Assembly (NCBI GenBank): GCA_963808235.1
Contig: CAWEEQ010000004.1
Span: forward strand, 1,632,001-1,696,000
Length of the DNA: 64,000 bases
Direction of reading: 5' to 3'
DNA from: an uncultured delta proteobacterium
Lineage (GTDB): Bacteria; Desulfobacterota; Binatia; Binatales; Binataceae
Position numbers and translations under genes: made by a program
Shown here: piece after piece, positions 59,599 to 64,000 of the stretch
How positions within the stretch are numbered: position 1 is the stretch's first letter
How the letters are laid out: each line of letters starts with the position of its first letter
Notes under the pieces: model-generated
Told to the model about the DNA's origin: nothing
Databases searched by the model: none
The model's input: only the letters and a program-made list of their open reading frames with translations

Positions 59599-60332
59599 AG
59601 ACGAAGGCCGCGCTCGCGCCGCGCTTTGTGATCGCGTCGCCAGTCGACGCTTCAGGCCTCGCGAAGGTTGAGGGCGCGGAATTGCATCACATGCGCGACG
59701 TATTGCGACTCGCGACGGGCAGCGGCGTCTCAATTCTGGATGCGGCCGGCGGAGAGCATCAGGGCACGCTGGTGCGCTACGAGCGCGACCGGGCGATCGT
59801 TCAGATCGAATCTTCGAGTTCGCCGCAGATGCGTCATCGAATCATCCTCGCCACCGCGATAATCAAGGGGCCGCGCATGGACTTCATGGTCGAGAAAGCC
59901 GCCGAGCTGGGCGCGGCGGAACTCTGGCCGATCCTGACGGCGCACGCGGTCGTCCGCGCGCCGGGCACGGAGCGGCTGCTGCGATGGCGCCGGCTCGCGC
60001 TCGCCGCCGCCAAGCAGAGCCATTCGCCGGGTCCGATGAACGTGATGCCGCCGACGACTTTTGACGCCTTGATTGGCGCGGTGCGGAAAGACACCCTCGC
60101 CGTTATCTGCACACCCGGAGCCGAGCCGTTGGGCGACGCGATTCGACGCGTTGCGCCGCATAATATATTGATAGCGATCGGGCCCGAGGGCGGCTTCGAC
60201 GCCAAGGAACTCGGAGCGGCGGCGCAGGCGGGATTCGTTGCCGCCGGACTTGGCGCGAACCGTCTTCGGAGCGAGACCGCGGCCCTGGCGGCGGTCAGTA
60301 TCGCGGCCGAGGCGCTTCACGCGGCGCGATGA
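59595..60332 (+). CDS. rsmE: 16S rRNA m3U1498 methyltransferase
   Basis: HHMRDVLR, EKAAELG, AAKQS, IGPEGG, LRSETA. Confidence 0.93.
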   Translation: MKTKAALAPRFVIASPVDASGLAKVEGAELHHMRDVLRLATGSGVSILDAAGGEHQGTLVRYERDRAIVQIESSSSPQMRHRIILATAIIKGPRMDFMVEKAAELGAAELWPILTAHAVVRAPGTERLLRWRRLALAAAKQSHSPGPMNVMPPTTFDALIGAVRKDTLAVICTPGAEPLGDAIRRVAPHNILIAIGPEGGFDAKELGAAAQAGFVAAGLGANRLRSETAALAAVSIAAEALHAAR

Positions 60333-60366
60333 TTTAAGGCGACGGCGCGATCGTACGGAGGCAACA

Positions 60367-61327
60367 GTGGCGTACAAGTTCGCATTCATCATGGACCCGC
60401 TCGAAAAGGTCCTGGTCGACAAGGACACGACCTTCGTCTTCATGCTCGAGGCGCAGTTCCGCGGCCATGAGATCTATTTTCTCGGCCTGCACGATCTTTA
60501 TGCGCGCGGACCGCAGGTGATCGCGCGGGCGCGGCGATGCGAAGTGGTGCGCGGCACGCCGCATTTCAAATTCCTCGACGAGCGGCATCGAGTATCCGGT
60601 CGAAAACTTCGAGGCGGTTTTCATGCGCAAGGATCCGCCCGCCGACGCGCACTATCTGTACGCGACGATGCTGCTCAGCCTGGCCGACAGCCGGCGCACA
60701 TTCGTGCTCAACAGTCCGCACGGACTTCGCGAGGCCAACGAAAAGCTCTACGCGCTCAACTTTCCCGACGCGATTCCGCAGACCCTGGTGACCTACGAAA
60801 TTCCGCGGCTCAAGAGCTTCCTCACCGAGCAGGGGGGCGAGATGATCGTCAAGCCGCTCGACGGTCATGGCGGCGAAGGCGTCTTCCTAGTCACAACGAG
60901 CGATCGCAATCTTGGCGCGATTTTAGAAACCGTCACCCAATACGAAACGCGGCCAATCATGGCGCAGCGCTATATCCCCGAAGTACGCAACGGCGACAAG
61001 CGGCTGATCGCGCTCGACGGCGAGCCGCTCGGATGCATGCTGCGGGTGCCGCGCGACGATGAGCATCGCGGCAATATCCACGTCGGCGGCACCTGCGTTA
61101 AGACCCCGCTGACCGCGCGCGATCGCGAGATCTGCCGGATGCTGAAGCCGCGTCTGGAAAAAGACGGACTATACTTCGTCGGGCTCGATATCATCGGCGA
61201 CTATCTGACCGAGGTGAACGTGACCAGTCCGACCGGGGTGCAGGAGATCGATCGGCTCGACGGCGTCAATCTCGAGGGCAAGGTGATCGACTTCGTCGAG
61301 TCGAGAGTGTCGGGCCTGGCGCGCTAG
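60367..61327 (+). CDS. gshB: Glutathione synthetase (+1 frameshift near 60583)
   Basis: FIMDP..KDTT, MRKDPP, NEKL, KPLDGHGG, GDKR, RGNIHVGG, TEVNVTSPTG. Confidence 0.93.
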
Positions 61328-61447
61328 CCAACGCGCATGCGCCGGCTTGAGGCAAAGAGGGTAGCCCGTTGCAAGCCGAAGCAATCATCGGTAGCAATGA
61401 ATGTTCACATCGACGAATCTGAATTCATATGATTGGCGTGTGACGGT

Positions 61448-61523
61448 GGGCAGGTAGCTCAGTCGGTAGAGCAAAGGACTGAAAATCCTTGTGTCGAGTG
61501 TTCGATTCACTCCCTGCCCACCA
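61448..61523 (+). tRNA. tRNA-Phe(GAA)
   Basis: GGGCAGGTAGCTCAGTCGGTAGAGCAAAGGACTGAAAATCCTT...TTCGATTCACTCCCTGCCCACCA. Confidence 0.97.
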
Positions 61524-61538
61524 GAATTTTCAGGGTTA

Positions 61539-61551
61539 AATCAACCACTTA
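61539..61551 (+). promoter_or_regulatory. IHF-consensus site next to the tRNA 3' end
   Basis: AATCAACCACTTA matches WATCAANNNNTTR. Confidence 0.5.
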
Positions 61552-61685
61552 CGCGCTCCGTCCCCGAGGCCAGGGCGGCAACTGACGCGCCGGAAGCATC
61601 TTCGCATTCCTCGGCAGTCTACAGAGCCAAAGCGATTCGAACTGGGCGAGAGGCGGGGAACTCAACCTCTCGCCACTAGTGTTGA

Positions 61686-62198
61686 TCAGCCCGCCGGCTC
61701 GAAGCAGCTGATACACACCTGACAGGTCGGATTGGAACCTGGAGCGGAACATGGTGAATTGCCACTTTGGCCGCTTAGGTCAGTGCAAATATCGTTGTTG
61801 TGGCATGGGCTCGCATTCGTCCCGACGCTGCAGCTCGGAACAATCTTCACTTCGCCTGAGCTCTGATTCACGCAGGCGAACGTATGGCCGAAAGAACTCG
61901 CTAAGGTTTGCCCGATGGTTTGCCAGCCGTTCGGAAACGGGCCTCCCACGAAGCCGCCGAAAAACGTATTCACATCGACGGTAACTGGCAACAAGTCTGC
62001 ACCCTGATTACAACTACAGGAGTAACCTCCGGTGACAACGACTTGCCCCGGAAGGATGCATGAAACATCAATATTAAAACTCCCGTTAGCAGAAACAGGA
62101 GTATTGGGTGAACAGATTTCTGTAAACTGCGCGCGAGCTGTCGATGCCCCAATCGCCAGCAAGCCGAGTAGCAAGAGGCTTGTCATTAAGCTTCTCAT
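61686..62198 (-). CDS. Cys-rich secreted protein
   Basis: GGAGGAG RBS, signal peptide (ARA/Q), 12 Cys in ~147 mature residues. Confidence 0.75.
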   Translation of the reverse strand: MRSLMTSLLLLGLLAIGASTARAQFTEICSPNTPVSANGSFNIDVSCILPGQVVVTGGYSCSCNQGADLLPVTVDVNTFFGGFVGGPFPNGWQTIGQTLASSFGHTFACVNQSSGEVKIVPSCSVGTNASPCHNNDICTDLSGQSGNSPCSAPGSNPTCQVCISCFEPAG

Positions 62199-62379
62199 GT
62201 CATTCTCTCCTCCGGGCCGCTGCTCAATTCCGGACCATGCGGGTTGGCTGATTTTGCGTATCTCGCCAGTTTTTGACGATCGTTGATTAGTAACTTTGCG
62301 CGGTTAGCGCCACCGTCGTTGCGTTACGAGTAGAACAAATCTGGATTAGGCTGCGCCTCTGATCGGAACAACCAGTGCG

Positions 62380-62631
62380 TTGCCGCAATATCCGCAGCTG
62401 GTGACACATAGCGATGACGGCAAGCTCGATGGGGTACGCTACGAGTTGCTCCCCGCGCTACTCATCAACGAAGTGCAGAAGCTGACCAGGGAAAACCGGC
62501 GTCTCGCCGAGCAAGTCGCCGCGCTGAAGAAGAAGGACGCTCAAATCGATGCGCTCGACGAACGTATCAACGCCTTGGAGCGGCAGGCCCCAAGCGCAAG
62601 GCCAGAGCATTTGGCAAGCGCGATGCGTTAG
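62380..62631 (+). pseudogene. Remnant of a tail-fibre/peptidase S74 chaperone C-terminal coiled coil
   Basis: YPQLVTHSDDGKLDGVRYELLPALLINEVQK plus coiled coil; N-terminal part missing. Confidence 0.65.
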
Positions 62632-62728
62632 TCAGAACATCAGCATCGTGATCGGCCGCGGGCGTGCAACGGCGCGCGGTAACCCACACCGGGTGGCCCG
62701 AAACGAAGCGGGGTGAGCTCGCGACTAG

Positions 62729-63535
62729 CTACTTCCGGGGGTGGGCGGTGCCGAAGTAGTCGCCGCCCTTTACATGGTGGTCTTGATCGGGATGATCTTG
62801 ATCGGGATGGTTTTCGCCGGGATGGTTGTCGGCGCCCCACTTGATGTCGTGATCGAGGCGCTGCATCGGCGGGATGTGTTTTGAGCACTGCACGTATGCC
62901 TCGGCGACCTGGACCATCACCCATCGCTCGAGATGTCCGCCGTCGCTTTCGATGATGTCTTTCAGGACCGCGTCGCCCAGAATTGCTTCCTCGGCTGGGT
63001 GATCTTTCAGGAAATTCAGGAACTCGTCGTTCTCGACAATTTGCGCGCTGCCGTTTATGTGAAGGCCGATCCGGTCCGAGAAATCGACGAACAGCAGGCC
63101 GACGTGCGGATTCTCGGAGATGTTTCCGAGACTCGCCATCACGCCGTTGCCGCGGTATTCGGGATACGCCACGGTGCGCTCATCGAGGACTTTCACAAAC
63201 CCCGCATGACCGCATCGAAACGCCGAGTCCGCCTGACCACGCGAATCCGCCGTGCCCACGAACATCATCTCCTGACGTGTGAGAAATTCCTGCATCGCGG
63301 GATTCAGACGGTCGAGCACCTGGTGCCGATAAAACGCGAGCGCATGAGTGGTCTTTCCGTATTTCTGCTGTAGGCGATGCTCGCCGTCGGAGCCCGGGAG
63401 CGCGCCTTCGGCGATTCTGACCGAGATTGAAGCGGTCGACTCGCCGGTTTCAAACTGTACGATTTGTTCGACTCGTTCTTCGATGCGAACGATCAGTTTG
63501 TCGTCGCCACGTTTGTCGTCTTCGCTCGCACCCAT
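62729..63535 (-). CDS. Pyridoxamine 5'-phosphate oxidase-like FMN-binding protein
   Basis: GSDGEHRLQ, YPEYRGNGVMASLGNISENPHVGLLF, EAYVQCSKHIP. Confidence 0.88.
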   Translation of the reverse strand: MGASEDDKRGDDKLIVRIEERVEQIVQFETGESTASISVRIAEGALPGSDGEHRLQQKYGKTTHALAFYRHQVLDRLNPAMQEFLTRQEMMFVGTADSRGQADSAFRCGHAGFVKVLDERTVAYPEYRGNGVMASLGNISENPHVGLLFVDFSDRIGLHINGSAQIVENDEFLNFLKDHPAEEAILGDAVLKDIIESDGGHLERWVMVQVAEAYVQCSKHIPPMQRLDHDIKWGADNHPGENHPDQDHPDQDHHVKGGDYFGTAHPRK

Positions 63536-63620
63536 CAGGAGTCTCCCAATGAAAAGTAAAATGTATTCCCTCGAAAACAGGGTACTGCATCTCGCCCCGA
63601 GAAAGCGAAAGCCGATCCGC

Positions 63621-64000
63621 TCAGTCGGTGTTGAGCAGAACCAGGTTCGCGGTATTTTGCGGGCGGACGTGCTCGAAGTACCAATCCTCCGCTGCCATCC
63701 ATGGCGTCATCCAATCGCGGGGTTGGTCGGCATCGCGGGCGAGCATCCGGGTGAGGCGCACCTGTCGCGGCGCGTCCACAAAGATGATGGCGTCAAGCAT
63801 CGGGCGGAGTTCAGGACGCGCGGAGTAAACGCCCTCGACCAGCACGATCTCATTGGGCTCGACGCTCACCCAATCCAGGAGCCGGTCCGCGGACCAATCG
63901 TATCTTTGATAGGTCGCCGTTTTGCCGCGGCGCAGGAGCATCAGAGCCTCGTCGCGCATTCGCTGCCATGGAAAGTACAAGTCGTAAAGTTCTTCGTATG
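63621..64000 (-). CDS. Uridine kinase-like P-loop kinase (5' end outside window)
   Basis: YQRYDW, VLVEGVYSARPEL, WMAAEDWYF. Confidence 0.75.
   Translation of the reverse strand, partial: YEELYDLYFPWQRMRDEALMLLRRGKTATYQRYDWSADRLLDWVSVEPNEIVLVEGVYSARPELRPMLDAIIFVDAPRQVRLTRMLARDADQPRDWMTPWMAAEDWYFEHVRPQNTANLVLLNTD

Noticed and set aside
14650-60590. Programmed ribosomal frameshifting in tkt, fabF, nadB or gshB
   Set aside because: No slippery sites seen and these genes are not known to be recoded; uniform +1 insertions point to sequencing error

Overview
GC-rich bacterial chromosome segment, mostly housekeeping. Gene content and style suggest Candidatus Binatota or a related deltaproteobacteria-like lineage; this is an inference. 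Core genes: hisC, typA, tkt/tal-pgi/pgl, fabF-fabH, an Ecm/MeaA-like B12 mutase, pgm, pgsA, nadB, clpS-clpA, rmuC, dnaG and prmA-rsmE-gshB. RNA genes: four tRNAs (Cys, Gly, Ile2-CAT, Phe) and RNase P RNA. Several genes carry isolated frameshifts that look like sequencing errors. The most notable feature is a ~3.3 kb islet (18774-22072) bounded by a diverged duplicate of the 3' end of an ArsA-like gene. It begins with a ~260 nt structured leader: two tandem stem-loops share the conserved unpaired core GYGAGGGAA...GACGUCC while their stems differ in sequence. These are followed by competing terminator/antiterminator hairpins, upstream of a HEAT-repeat plus atypical glycoside-hydrolase-like gene pair. 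This is a candidate undescribed tandem riboswitch or attenuator. Other points: a BagA/BagB-like ATPase pair split by ~32 kb, a PGI domain with altered active-site motifs, a repeat-flanked alarmone hydrolase, and a cluster of palindromic repeats around rnpB.
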